DNA from: a virus
Virus record (IMG/VR): IMGVR_UViG_3300009124_000002
Coordinates: 32,001 to 96,000 of that record
Length of the DNA stretch: 64,000 nucleotides
Direction: 5' to 3' (one strand)
Positions 35,901-45,306 of the stretch are shown one piece after another. The notes beneath the pieces were generated by a model. The model was given only the letters and a program-made list of their open reading frames with translations, was not told where the DNA came from and did not search any database. The translations under genes and the position numbers were made by a program. Numbering within the stretch: position 1 is the first letter of the stretch; every line of letters begins with the position of its first letter.

Positions 35901-37714
35901 TTCTTTTTCCCATAGAGTTGCTGATACTTCTTTGTGTATTTGGAAGGTTTGGTCTTGGCAGATGCATCACCGGGAGCAGGCTTGTAAGCAGATGGGTCAT
36001 CTGTCGCTTTCTTTGTCTGCTTCTTGAAGTGAGATGAGCGACTCTTCTTGGTGCTCTTTGCCATCTCATCGCCCTCTGCATCCTTGGCATAGTAACGGTC
36101 TGGACCTTGAAGATCGTCTTCTTCTTTTTCTTCTTCCAATCCAGCTTCACGAGGGTTTCGTGTCCTTCGCTCAAGGTATCTGGTGAGGTCAGGAGTAGGA
36201 ACGATCTTCGGGCGAACCCCAAACGAGGGGTTCGCCTTGTTTGTTGCCTTGTCCCTCTTGCCGCTAGAAAGATACTCGAAATGTCTGGGATAAGCCTTTG
36301 CCAGACCTCTGAGTCCCGCTAGTGTAGTGTTCAGGGCAAGTGCAATATCATCGGCATCCACGGTGTTCTCTCGCTGCCAGAGCTTGATCAACTCCCTTGC
36401 CATCTGCTCCTGCTTCGGGTTTGGAGCAGACTCATTCACCGCAAGATTTGCCAGCTTGTCCTTGAGCCGCATCATCATCCGCCTTTTGGTTCCTGAGACT
36501 TCCAGCCCATACCGACTCCCATAGTCATCCTCCAGCTTCTTGATCAGACTCCGTGCCTGTTCCTTACTCAAGACCAGCTTGCCCCTTTCCAAAGAAAACC
36601 AACCATCCTCCAGACCCAGAACTTCATGTCCCCATGTGGAGGCAGTGGCATCCAGTTCAGATATCTGGGCGTTGCTCAATTTGACTGTGATGGTTCCTCC
36701 TGCCTTGGGATCAAGTTTTTCTTCAATGGGTTGAAGGTCATCTTCTTTTTCTTCTTCCAATCCAGCTTCACGACGAGCAGAATAGTATGCAGCAAGTGCC
36801 ATGTCGATCCTCTTCTTCTTGTCCTTACCCTTGAACTGAGGGGCATCGGACTTCACGAAGTCATCAATCCATGTCTCGACATCTGCCTTGGGATCAAGTT
36901 TCTCTTCAATAGGTTGAAGGTCTTCCAACCAACATTTGAAAGTCACCTTTTCGGCATTCTCACAGACCACAAAATTAGGTTTGCGTTCGACCACTCTGAG
37001 TTCTACACCCGCCTTTGTGACACGATCACCAATATTAAAGATGTTACCCTCAGTGTATTGTTCGCGGATATCACTTACCTTTGGAAGTGCGATGTGTTTT
37101 CGAAAGATAAAGGACTCTTTGAGACCCATACCCTTACGAATGGCATTCAAGAGTTCTTGTACTTCTCCAAAGTTCTTGGGAAGACCAGTGGCGAATAGTT
37201 CCAGATCGTTATCCGCTGCTGCGGCACGCATCTTGGATGCTGACATTCCAGAAACACCCTCTGCATCAGGATCTCTTTCACCAGCAGAGATGACCTGAAT
37301 ACCATCCTTGAAGTTGTAGAATCCATCCTTTCTTTCCTTGCCGTTGTATTTGTTCAACAAGACCTTGAACTCATTCACACGGTCAGAACCAGCAACATAG
37401 ACGAATTCTGTATACCCTTCCTTGTATGCACGATCAGCAATATGAAGCGCCATCTTGACATTTTTGTCCATGTAGATGTTACGAGCATGTTTTGGAAACA
37501 TCTTACGCATGAACTTCACCTTGTCATTATAACTCAGTGGATTCTTCTTTGCGTCCTGTGACTGAGAAGGATAAATCTGGTAATCGTTCTTACCAGCAAC
37601 CTTGGCAACCTTATCAATGAGCTTCTGATGCCCAATGGTAGGTGGATTGAAGCGACCAAAGGCAGTCACCAAGGTCTTCTTCTTTTCTTCTGTAAACTGG
37701 CTAAATGATTTCAT
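35897..37714 (-). CDS. cytidyltransferase-like (HIGH) domain polyprotein
   Basis: MKSFSQFTEE; FGRFNPPTIGH, GSDR, GERDPD, MSASKMR; further modules behind duplicated linkers. Confidence 0.8.
   Translation of the reverse strand: MKSFSQFTEEKKKTLVTAFGRFNPPTIGHQKLIDKVAKVAGKNDYQIYPSQSQDAKKNPLSYNDKVKFMRKMFPKHARNIYMDKNVKMALHIADRAYKEGYTEFVYVAGSDRVNEFKVLLNKYNGKERKDGFYNFKDGIQVISAGERDPDAEGVSGMSASKMRAAAADNDLELFATGLPKNFGEVQELLNAIRKGMGLKESFIFRKHIALPKVSDIREQYTEGNIFNIGDRVTKAGVELRVVERKPNFVVCENAEKVTFKCWLEDLQPIEEKLDPKADVETWIDDFVKSDAPQFKGKDKKKRIDMALAAYYSARREAGLEEEKEDDLQPIEEKLDPKAGGTITVKLSNAQISELDATASTWGHEVLGLEDGWFSLERGKLVLSKEQARSLIKKLEDDYGSRYGLEVSGTKRRMMMRLKDKLANLAVNESAPNPKQEQMARELIKLWQRENTVDADDIALALNTTLAGLRGLAKAYPRHFEYLSSGKRDKATNKANPSFGVRPKIVPTPDLTRYLERRTRNPREAGLEEEKEEDDLQGPDRYYAKDAEGDEMAKSTKKSRSSHFKKQTKKATDDPSAYKPAPGDASAKTKPSKYTKKYQQLYGKKK
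36120..36922. repeat. dispersed direct repeats bounding an in-frame insert
   Basis: 33 bp identical at 36120-36152 and 36741-36773; 40 bp with 2 mismatches at 36700-36739 and 36883-36922. Confidence 0.9.
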
Positions 37715-37718
37715 TCTA

Positions 37719-38417
37719 TTATCTAATCTTCTGTTTGAAGATCTTGTAATCCATCTTTTTCACCTTTCCATCCTGTTTATAGTGTACATACAATTTACCA
37801 CTAACAGTTTTTGTGATATCAACAATCTTAACTTCGGCAACACCATCTCTATTTGTTTTCGCTGAAAAGGATTTGATATTCACGGTATCGCCGACTTTAA
37901 AACCTTCTGTGATGTGCTTCTCCTGTTCAGCTTTCTTCAACTGAGGAAGGAGTTTCTTGGCAATACGATTAATGCCACCCTGCATCTTATCTAGTTTCTT
38001 TTCGATGCGTTCTTGTTCGCCAGCAGAAACTTCAGAACGGTCTCTACCTTTCAACAGCTTGGTGTATAGAAGATCTCTTGCTTTCTTCATGGCACGTTTC
38101 TGGAGTGTTTCGGTTGAAGCCCTCTTCTTCTTCGCCTTCTGAAGAGCACGTTGAATCTTTGCCTTGTTGCGTTTGGCAATCTGCGAACGCTTGATACGTT
38201 GTGCGCGAGTCAGTGCTTCATCCAATTCAGTCTCTTCTTCAATCTCTTCGTTCATCAACCTATCAATCTTGCTCTGAATCATCTTCTTATATCCATCAAT
38301 TCCACCATAGTTCTTGGCAATCTTTGGATCAGGATTCTTGAGGAGTGCTTTCAGATCTGCAATGTCTTCTTGCTTGGATTCGTTAAGTTCGTTTCTGAGT
38401 TCTTTGATTGATTTCAT
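37719..38417 (-). CDS. basic putative prohead core/internal protein
   Basis: LNE, IEEETELDE and ITE linkers; Arg/Lys-rich helix. Confidence 0.65.
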   Translation of the reverse strand: MKSIKELRNELNESKQEDIADLKALLKNPDPKIAKNYGGIDGYKKMIQSKIDRLMNEEIEEETELDEALTRAQRIKRSQIAKRNKAKIQRALQKAKKKRASTETLQKRAMKKARDLLYTKLLKGRDRSEVSAGEQERIEKKLDKMQGGINRIAKKLLPQLKKAEQEKHITEGFKVGDTVNIKSFSAKTNRDGVAEVKIVDITKTVSGKLYVHYKQDGKVKKMDYKIFKQKIR

Positions 38418-38418
38418 T

Positions 38419-39654
38419 TTAGTGTTCCCATCCTTTGATGATATCTGGTGAAAAATTGTTCATGGAGAATTCCAGTCTATCCACCAGTTTGACTGCTCCA
38501 CCACCGATCTTGTCAATTGCCACAAATCCTTCTTGACCCGTGACACGAAATCCATTCTTCGTGCGAACGAAGGTATCCAGTTTTTTGAGGTCATCAAGTT
38601 TTGCAATGATAAGTTTCTTTGCCACAACTACTGCATTCTGCAATTGAAAAACCAAGTCAAGGTTCTTCTGGTTTTCCGGTGAGAAGAACTTCAGGAACTC
38701 ATCCCTTCTCTTCTCAACAGCAGTCTTACCTTTCTCGGTCTTTCTCTTCTCTGCTTCTTTGGCATATTTATCATTGACCCAAGCAATCATGTTCTGGACA
38801 TGCTTCTTGGTATTCGTTACCTCTTCACCCCTACGGACATAGGTGTTATTGAATGTCTCAATCGTCTTTGCAAGCTCAGGGTCACCTTCAATCTGACGAA
38901 GAGTAGAACCAGAAATCTTCTGGAAGATCTTACCAGCAGTAGAGAGTGCCTTCTGAACCTTTGCAGTATCACTGGAGTTCAGGAGTGCTTTACCAGAAAT
39001 GTCACGAAGACCAGCATCTTGAAACCAGACACTTGGTGTTTGCTTGAGTTTCGATGCATCCACATCATAGGAAGCAGTCATGGACTCAAAGTCTTTACCT
39101 GCATATGCAGTATGAAAGACCACACCAAGATTGGCTTTGGAAATCTGTTTACCCAAGGCACTGCTTGCAGGAACCGCATACACAATGGTATTGGGTTGAA
39201 AGGTCAGGTAGGATTCACCATCAATGGTTTCTTTCTTCAGGTCACTCTTCGTGAACATGATGTCCCCTTGAATGACTCCCTTGATACCAAGCTTGGGAAG
39301 TTCAGCAAGGGCAACTTTCATCTTTGCTGCAAGGTCACCAGACATATCTGCATCAATCTCTGCATCTGTCTTGTAGACCTTTGGCTCCTTGTTAAAGATA
39401 CCCTTCTTGGCGACAAAGAACTTACCATCTCTTGGATCTTGACCAGCAAAAACAGCAGGAGCACCATCCCACTTCACGGTAATGTCAACCTCCTTGGATG
39501 AGTTACCAGCAAGCATATCTCTCAGAGAACGAAGAGCAAGAATAGCTTGGCGAGCACCAGAGACACCACCATAGATTACCTGATCTTCAATATGAGTCAT
39601 GTGGGTATTCTTACCCACTGCTGCTTCGGAAATGAAGTCAAGGAAGGTGGTCAT
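38419..39654 (-). CDS. conserved T4-like protein (DUF6267-like)
   Basis: MTTFLDFISE; KNTHMTHIED, TVKWDGAPA, FQPNTIVY, EGFV, KLVDRLEFS. Confidence 0.75.
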   Translation of the reverse strand: MTTFLDFISEAAVGKNTHMTHIEDQVIYGGVSGARQAILALRSLRDMLAGNSSKEVDITVKWDGAPAVFAGQDPRDGKFFVAKKGIFNKEPKVYKTDAEIDADMSGDLAAKMKVALAELPKLGIKGVIQGDIMFTKSDLKKETIDGESYLTFQPNTIVYAVPASSALGKQISKANLGVVFHTAYAGKDFESMTASYDVDASKLKQTPSVWFQDAGLRDISGKALLNSSDTAKVQKALSTAGKIFQKISGSTLRQIEGDPELAKTIETFNNTYVRRGEEVTNTKKHVQNMIAWVNDKYAKEAEKRKTEKGKTAVEKRRDEFLKFFSPENQKNLDLVFQLQNAVVVAKKLIIAKLDDLKKLDTFVRTKNGFRVTGQEGFVAIDKIGGGAVKLVDRLEFSMNNFSPDIIKGWEH

Positions 39655-39655
39655 A

Positions 39656-40594
39656 TCACCAAGGGTCTCCACTGAGTTTAAGAGACGATGCCATCTTTTC
39701 AGATTCGAATTTGAATCGAATCTTCATGATTTTCTTGGGACCAGCCTTTACTCCAATAGACTCATTTCCAATTGGCTCAAGTTCAATATCATTCTTAGAA
39801 AAAGCAGAAAGCTTATCGTTCTTGAGTGGGTCCATTGTTACTGCCTTATATGGTGCCTTTTTACCTTGTCCAGTAACTTTAACATATGGAGGATAAAGAA
39901 CTTCAGCGTCCATCCAGTCATCTAAAAGATACTTTTTCAAAGAGGCTTGGTCAAACTGAAGAAGACGCTTTAGGAGGATATCGCGGAACTCTCGCATGGT
40001 TGTGACACCAGCTTCGATTGTCTGCTTTTGGATATCCTTATTGGCGCGGATAAATTGTTTCCTCGCTTTGGTTGAGGGAGGAAGGTCAAGTCGTCGGATA
40101 GTATCTTCGGTGACATCCTTGAGAGTTGCGGCGAAGGAAGTGTTCAGGCTTCTGTCAATAGTTCCAATGCCGGGATTTTTGAAACCGATATCACCCTTGC
40201 TCTTCGTGGCTTTTGCAGATAGACCAAGAAAACCATTAGCAGGACCATCAGCAAATCGAATAAGAACATCAGTGGGATTCTTCTTCTGGTTGACTTCTTG
40301 ACCAACTGCCTTGGTCATTGAGTTTGGTCTTGCGGTCCACCAGACTTGAGTGGGTTTACCTTTATAACCCGCTTTCTTTGCCCATTTAAGAAAATCAACT
40401 GCCATTGCCTCTGCCTTACCTTTGGCATCTTCAACAGCAGCAGGTGAAGCTTGTTTTATTCTTTCTTCAAACTGCCTTCTTGCATCAGCATCAAACCAGC
40501 GATTTCCAGCAAGGACGTATCCAACCCAAATTTCATTGATGTCTGCTAGAATTGTGTTGGCAGATTCCGATAGGTATTCTTTAAAAGATAGCAT
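39656..40594 (-). CDS. putative PD-(D/E)xK restriction-like endonuclease
   Basis: MLSFKEYLSE; NE...NPTDVLI...GLSAK. Confidence 0.5.
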   Translation of the reverse strand: MLSFKEYLSESANTILADINEIWVGYVLAGNRWFDADARRQFEERIKQASPAAVEDAKGKAEAMAVDFLKWAKKAGYKGKPTQVWWTARPNSMTKAVGQEVNQKKNPTDVLIRFADGPANGFLGLSAKATKSKGDIGFKNPGIGTIDRSLNTSFAATLKDVTEDTIRRLDLPPSTKARKQFIRANKDIQKQTIEAGVTTMREFRDILLKRLLQFDQASLKKYLLDDWMDAEVLYPPYVKVTGQGKKAPYKAVTMDPLKNDKLSAFSKNDIELEPIGNESIGVKAGPKKIMKIRFKFESEKMASSLKLSGDPW

Positions 40595-40635
40595 AGTTCC
40601 CATAAATTGCAATTGAATTGTAGCGTTACTGGAAC

Positions 40636-40643
40636 TATTTATA
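40636..40643 (-). promoter_or_regulatory. T4-type late promoter
   Basis: exact TATAAATA heading the internal-protein cluster. Confidence 0.75.
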
Positions 40644-40648
40644 CAAAT

Positions 40649-42031
40649 TCATTCTTTGAGATTTGAGAAGTCGCCTGAGTTAGATTTGAATGGAGTGTGA
40701 GTCACTGGAGAGGCACTTGTGTCTGAAACTATTCCAGAGCTTGCGTCCTCAAGGTCAAACAGCCTCATATGAGAACGATCCACGCCAACACAAAACCTTT
40801 GATTTCTCTGTGGGTCGTTGTATCGATTCTTTAGCTGCTTGATCATAAGCTGCCCCTTAGAGGCAAGTTGATCGTTACTGATTGCAGCAATCATGAAGTC
40901 AGCAGTCGCAGGAAGACCAAATGATTCACTGGTATCTGTCAGGTCAACATCTGAACTTTTGAAACCCTCACGGGTAACCTGAGTAGCAGACCAGACAGGG
41001 ACATTAAACTCCACGGCAAGACCACGTATCTCCTCTGCAATTGCCTTGACAAAGGAGTAGGTGTTGATGGAACCACCAAGACCACGAACACGACTGGAGG
41101 CACATATGTTCAGGTAGTCAATGAAGATGATATCAGGAGCAAAGTTCTTCTTCATCTTCAACTCATTCAGTAGTGCTCGAAAGTGTGCAACATGAGCAGA
41201 CCCTGTAGGATACTCCTTGATGACTAGCTTACCCTGAGTCTTCTGGCGAATGGAATCAATCTTGGAATCAAATATCGGCTTCGTGACATTCTCAAGGTCA
41301 TCCAGAGATATGTCAAAGAGATTCGCATCAATGCGTTCAGCAATCTTTTCCTCTGCCATCTCCATTGTGATATAGAGAACATTCTTACCCTGCTGAAGAG
41401 CAGCACCAGCAAAGTGACACATCATCAGACTCTTACCAACACCAGTGCCAGCAAGGATGATATTCAGTGTCTTTCTTGGTAGACCACCCTTGGTGATGGT
41501 ATTGAACATCTCAAGGTCAAAGGACTGCTTCTCCTCAACACGATGATATGCTTCATAACGGTCAGTGGCATTCTCAATGTAGTCATGACCAACATTGGTA
41601 TCAAAGGTCACTGCAAGTGCTTTACTCAGGATATCTGGAATCGCTCCTTCTGCTTTGTCTTTGGTCTTACCATCAATAATTTGAATCGACTCCATGATTG
41701 CCAGATATACAGCACGGTCCTTGCACCACTTCTCAGTAGAGTCAAGCAGCCAGTCTTCATTGACATCATCTTCTTGCTTTGAGAGCGACTGTATAGCATC
41801 GACAACTTCCTCGACGTTTGCCTTACTGAAGTCTGACTGCTCATACTCGATCTGGATGGCAGATGAGTTTGGAAGCTTGTTGTATTTTGTAATGAAGCGA
41901 AGAATCAACTCATAGACAGTGCGAGAAGACCCTTCAAAGTATTCTGGTTTGATATGGGGAATCGCCTTGCGACAGAACGATTCGTTTTGGATTAGGTTTC
42001 TAAGAATTAGGGGTGTTAGGTTGCTGCTCAT
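40649..42031 (-). CDS. 41: replicative DNA helicase, T4 gp41-like
   Basis: AGTGVGKSL, IKEYPT, DYLNIC, SESFGLPATAD. Confidence 0.95.
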   Translation of the reverse strand: MSSNLTPLILRNLIQNESFCRKAIPHIKPEYFEGSSRTVYELILRFITKYNKLPNSSAIQIEYEQSDFSKANVEEVVDAIQSLSKQEDDVNEDWLLDSTEKWCKDRAVYLAIMESIQIIDGKTKDKAEGAIPDILSKALAVTFDTNVGHDYIENATDRYEAYHRVEEKQSFDLEMFNTITKGGLPRKTLNIILAGTGVGKSLMMCHFAGAALQQGKNVLYITMEMAEEKIAERIDANLFDISLDDLENVTKPIFDSKIDSIRQKTQGKLVIKEYPTGSAHVAHFRALLNELKMKKNFAPDIIFIDYLNICASSRVRGLGGSINTYSFVKAIAEEIRGLAVEFNVPVWSATQVTREGFKSSDVDLTDTSESFGLPATADFMIAAISNDQLASKGQLMIKQLKNRYNDPQRNQRFCVGVDRSHMRLFDLEDASSGIVSDTSASPVTHTPFKSNSGDFSNLKE

Positions 42032-42299
42032 TCTCTACTTGTTCTTCCAAGATGTTGATTAGAATCTTTCCAATTGTGTCCTGCAATTCTAACATATTCT
42101 CTGCCTCTTGACAAGCCTTTCCTTTGGGTGGCGTGGTAACTTCAAAGTCAAATGTGAGCTTACACTTGTCTTCGTCATCGTCTTCATTAAAGGTGATCTT
42201 TCCAAATGCAAATTCAACATTCTTGAATTCACCTTCAGTGATTTGAATAATGGCAAGACCATTATCTGTGTTCTTTTCTGTGAGTTCGTAGTTTTTCAT
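42000..42299 (-). CDS. hypothetical protein
   Basis: 99-aa ORF immediately upstream of gp41. Confidence 0.65.
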   Translation of the reverse strand: MKNYELTEKNTDNGLAIIQITEGEFKNVEFAFGKITFNEDDDEDKCKLTFDFEVTTPPKGKACQEAENMLELQDTIGKILINILEEQVENEQQPNTPNS

Positions 42300-42566
42300 T
42301 TAATCATTCAGTAATACAACAGTTCCATCTTCAAGATGCTTGTGTGCCTTCTTGATTGTAGGGGCAAGTAAAGGATGTTCGCTCATCGAAGAGTGAAGAG
42401 CATGAACACAATAAGGACAATCTGAGGAATACACCTTGTCAAGCTCCTTACGCATGATTGTTACCTCCTGTTTGATTTCAAGAGTATTTGAGAGAATCCA
42501 GCCAGCAGTTGCAAGCAAAAGCGTTCCAGCAAGACCAACAATTGTTTTAGATGTTTTATCGTTCAT
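42300..42566 (-). CDS. small membrane-anchored protein
   Basis: N-terminal TM helix; CPYCVH. Confidence 0.6.
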   Translation of the reverse strand: MNDKTSKTIVGLAGTLLLATAGWILSNTLEIKQEVTIMRKELDKVYSSDCPYCVHALHSSMSEHPLLAPTIKKAHKHLEDGTVVLLND

Positions 42567-43141
42567 ATTTCATAAACTTCGTTTATATCTATTCCGCGAT
42601 ATTTTATGCCATTTAGTTCGCTTGTTATAGATTTATGATGATGCCCAGCTACTACAATTTTGGGCTTTCTTACTTCTAACATAGCTTGTAAGAGGTTTCT
42701 GGTAGCAGAATTGTCGTATATTTTATACACATATTCAGCAAAACTTTGAGGTATATCGTGCGCGACTAATATGTTTTTATCGCTTCTCTCCCAAGCTTCA
42801 AGGCATTGTTTCATTTGGTTACAGTTAAGTTCTTCATCTTCCCACCAATTGACTTCAGGAGTTCTCCAATCCTTGTCTATGCTATCTGCTCCGCTAACAA
42901 AAAATATATCGTCAAATTCTCCGAAATCTCCCATATACCCTTTAATCATGGGAGCTTCGCGCCTTTTGTCGTGGTTCCCGCAGAAAAAATATAGATTATC
43001 AGGGAAGTTTTCGTTTAACTCGTCAGAAGAAATGAATCCTACTCCGAAATCCCCCACTTGGATAACCTTATCTTTCGGGTAACGTGCGGCGATAGATTTG
43101 GCGAAATGGTGGTCGCCGTGTATGTCTCCTAAAAAAATCAT
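42563..43141 (-). CDS. metallophosphoesterase
   Basis: GDIHG, GDFG, GNHD, GHHH. Confidence 0.9.
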   Translation of the reverse strand: MIFLGDIHGDHHFAKSIAARYPKDKVIQVGDFGVGFISSDELNENFPDNLYFFCGNHDKRREAPMIKGYMGDFGEFDDIFFVSGADSIDKDWRTPEVNWWEDEELNCNQMKQCLEAWERSDKNILVAHDIPQSFAEYVYKIYDNSATRNLLQAMLEVRKPKIVVAGHHHKSITSELNGIKYRGIDINEVYEI

Positions 43142-43148
43142 TCTTAAT

Positions 43149-43841
43149 TCATAGTCCAAAAGCAGTAATGGTATGTTCAAATGGATTGCCTTCAATATTC
43201 TTCACCAAGTCAAGCATCATCTGAGCAATCTCACGAATCTCTTTCTGAGCTTCCGGTTTGTTTCGCAATCCCTGAAAGTGATAGAATGATCTCCAGTTGA
43301 ACATCACATCTGACGTAATCCTGCTATTGTAGGTCTTGAAGAATCGAGCAGATTCCTTGGCACGTTTGCGACCCAGAACAGGTTCAAGATCAGCAACACA
43401 TTGGTGATAAAGGTCATTTCCTTTTCTGGTATATTGTTCTAAAACCTCAGTCCAGTATTCTGTTGGAAACGGAAACTCATTTCCGTTAATATCCCTTGGC
43501 ACAATGGGCGGGGGAGATTTCTTAATACCAGCCCAATCATCAGGCACAATATACTTGTCTTCTTTCAGTTCCTTGTATCGAGCAGATTCAGCATTTAATG
43601 ACACTCCGATACGATGTTTAAGAAGGTGAATATGACTAGCAATATCGCAATCGACCAGAAAGTGCAGAGAAGACTTCTCGAAAGGTGTGTGGTGACCCTC
43701 TTTAGCGAGGAAGCTGAGTAGTTGCGGTATTCTGTTTCGTTTCTCATCTGTAATCTCTCGACTGGTGGAAGTCCATGCGCTACAGGCATGAACCTCATCA
43801 TCACCGTAGTATCCGATAAGTTCTACTGTATTATTGTTCAT
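43149..43841 (-). CDS. thyX: flavin-dependent thymidylate synthase
   Basis: H.TPFE, KHR......ESARY, KESARF. Confidence 0.9.
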   Translation of the reverse strand: MNNNTVELIGYYGDDEVHACSAWTSTSREITDEKRNRIPQLLSFLAKEGHHTPFEKSSLHFLVDCDIASHIHLLKHRIGVSLNAESARYKELKEDKYIVPDDWAGIKKSPPPIVPRDINGNEFPFPTEYWTEVLEQYTRKGNDLYHQCVADLEPVLGRKRAKESARFFKTYNSRITSDVMFNWRSFYHFQGLRNKPEAQKEIREIAQMMLDLVKNIEGNPFEHTITAFGL

Positions 43842-44077
43842 TAAACTTCTTCCAATGGGCAATGTTCACTTACTACTTCAATTTCTGCGTAATCAAAAAG
43901 CTCGTATCCGTGCAGCTTGAACACGGCGTCTTCAAAAACAACTTTGCCTTCAAGGTCGTAATATTCGTGATTTGCGAGAATCATTCTCGCCGTGATAGTG
44001 TCGCCCTCATAGATGTCAACACCATTCTTGTCCTTGAGTCCAGCGGGGGTGCGTAGATCGCGCTCTTGTTCTTTCAT
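43841..44077 (-). CDS. YopX-like protein
   Basis: GLKDKNGVDIYEGD; consensus TTGACA-17-TATAAT promoter at 44087-44115. Confidence 0.7.
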   Translation of the reverse strand: MKEQERDLRTPAGLKDKNGVDIYEGDTITARMILANHEYYDLEGKVVFEDAVFKLHGYELFDYAEIEVVSEHCPLEEV

Positions 44078-44124
44078 TGTCCAACAATTATACCGGACTT
44101 CCAATCCAGTGTCAACCGTTCATC

Positions 44125-44625
44125 TCATTTGAAAATCCTGCGAATGTTCTCGTCGTCAATGTCAAATCCCTTTTTCAAGTATCTAGTCATTCTTCTTGCT
44201 TGAATGATATTTCGATTCACAGTCTCTGGCATTCCTGCAAACCACTTTTCACTTCCACCAGTATAGACCAATTTCTTAGCATGAAGATGTGTGAAAAAAT
44301 CGGGATGATGGCAACATTCTCCAAGGTTGTCTTTGGCAATACTACACACAGTATAATCGAAACACTCAATAGTTTCTTGTGGCGTTGCGCCCATGTGAAG
44401 CAAGTCATAAACCTTTCCTTCAAATTCAATTGAGTCACCAAGTCTTAGTTTCTTGACATGAGTGCCGCCTTTACTCAGCAATGTCTCTACTGCTCTTTCT
44501 CTTTCAGATTCAGTAGCAAAGAAGACATCAATGTCCTTTGGTGTTGTGTTTAAAAGCTCTGCAAGAACAGCACCACCAGCAACCCAACAGTGAGAATCAA
44601 AATGGCTTAGGAAACTCTGAATCAT
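44125..44625 (-). CDS. minimal nucleotidyltransferase (CCA/poly(A) polymerase head-like)
   Basis: WVAGGAV....PKDIDVFF, FDYT. Confidence 0.75.
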   Translation of the reverse strand: MIQSFLSHFDSHCWVAGGAVLAELLNTTPKDIDVFFATESERERAVETLLSKGGTHVKKLRLGDSIEFEGKVYDLLHMGATPQETIECFDYTVCSIAKDNLGECCHHPDFFTHLHAKKLVYTGGSEKWFAGMPETVNRNIIQARRMTRYLKKGFDIDDENIRRIFK

Positions 44626-45050
44626 TTTCCAGAAGAACCAAATCCACCCATACCACGATGAGTAGGATTGAAAAAATCATCAACTACTTCAAGTTCAAAT
44701 GGATCAACTCGCTCAAAGATGATTTGAGCAATACGATCCCCTTTCTTGAATTCAAATGGATCTTCACTGGTATTCAACAGAACAACCCCAATTTCATTGC
44801 GATATCCAGAATCAACTACACCAGCAAGAACATCAATACCATTCTTAACTGCAAGCCCAGAACGTGGGGCAATACGACCATAGTAACCGCGAGGAATTGC
44901 CATTGCGATTCCCGTCTTTACAATGGTTCGAAATCCAGAAAAGACCTTGCCATCTTCATTAGCATAAATGTCCCATCCAGCATCATCTTCATGTGCCTTC
45001 GTTGGTACGAGTGCGTCGTCAGACAATTTTTTTATAGATACAATATTCAT
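44622..45050 (-). CDS. dut: dUTPase
   Basis: AGWD, PRSGLA, GVVDSGYR, RIAQ, RGMGGFGSSG. Confidence 0.97.
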   Translation of the reverse strand: MNIVSIKKLSDDALVPTKAHEDDAGWDIYANEDGKVFSGFRTIVKTGIAMAIPRGYYGRIAPRSGLAVKNGIDVLAGVVDSGYRNEIGVVLLNTSEDPFEFKKGDRIAQIIFERVDPFELEVVDDFFNPTHRGMGGFGSSGK

Positions 45051-45306
45051 TCTATCTGTTCAATAAAGCATTGAGTTGTTTCACGTCTTCAATTACTTCT
45101 TCAAGGAAGAAGTTAAAGGTCTTATTCTCCTGAAGGTAGACTCGCTCCTTCTGAAGTTTGTTCTCCAAGTCCTTTGCTCTTTTTTGTATCTCTTGAATTT
45201 TCATGGTTCTTATTCCCAAATATTGTATCATAGTTATCTCGAAACTTCTGACTGAAACAGTTTCGTGGAGAATCGCCCTTGCCGTTTGTTGACTTGCTCA
45301 TTTATT

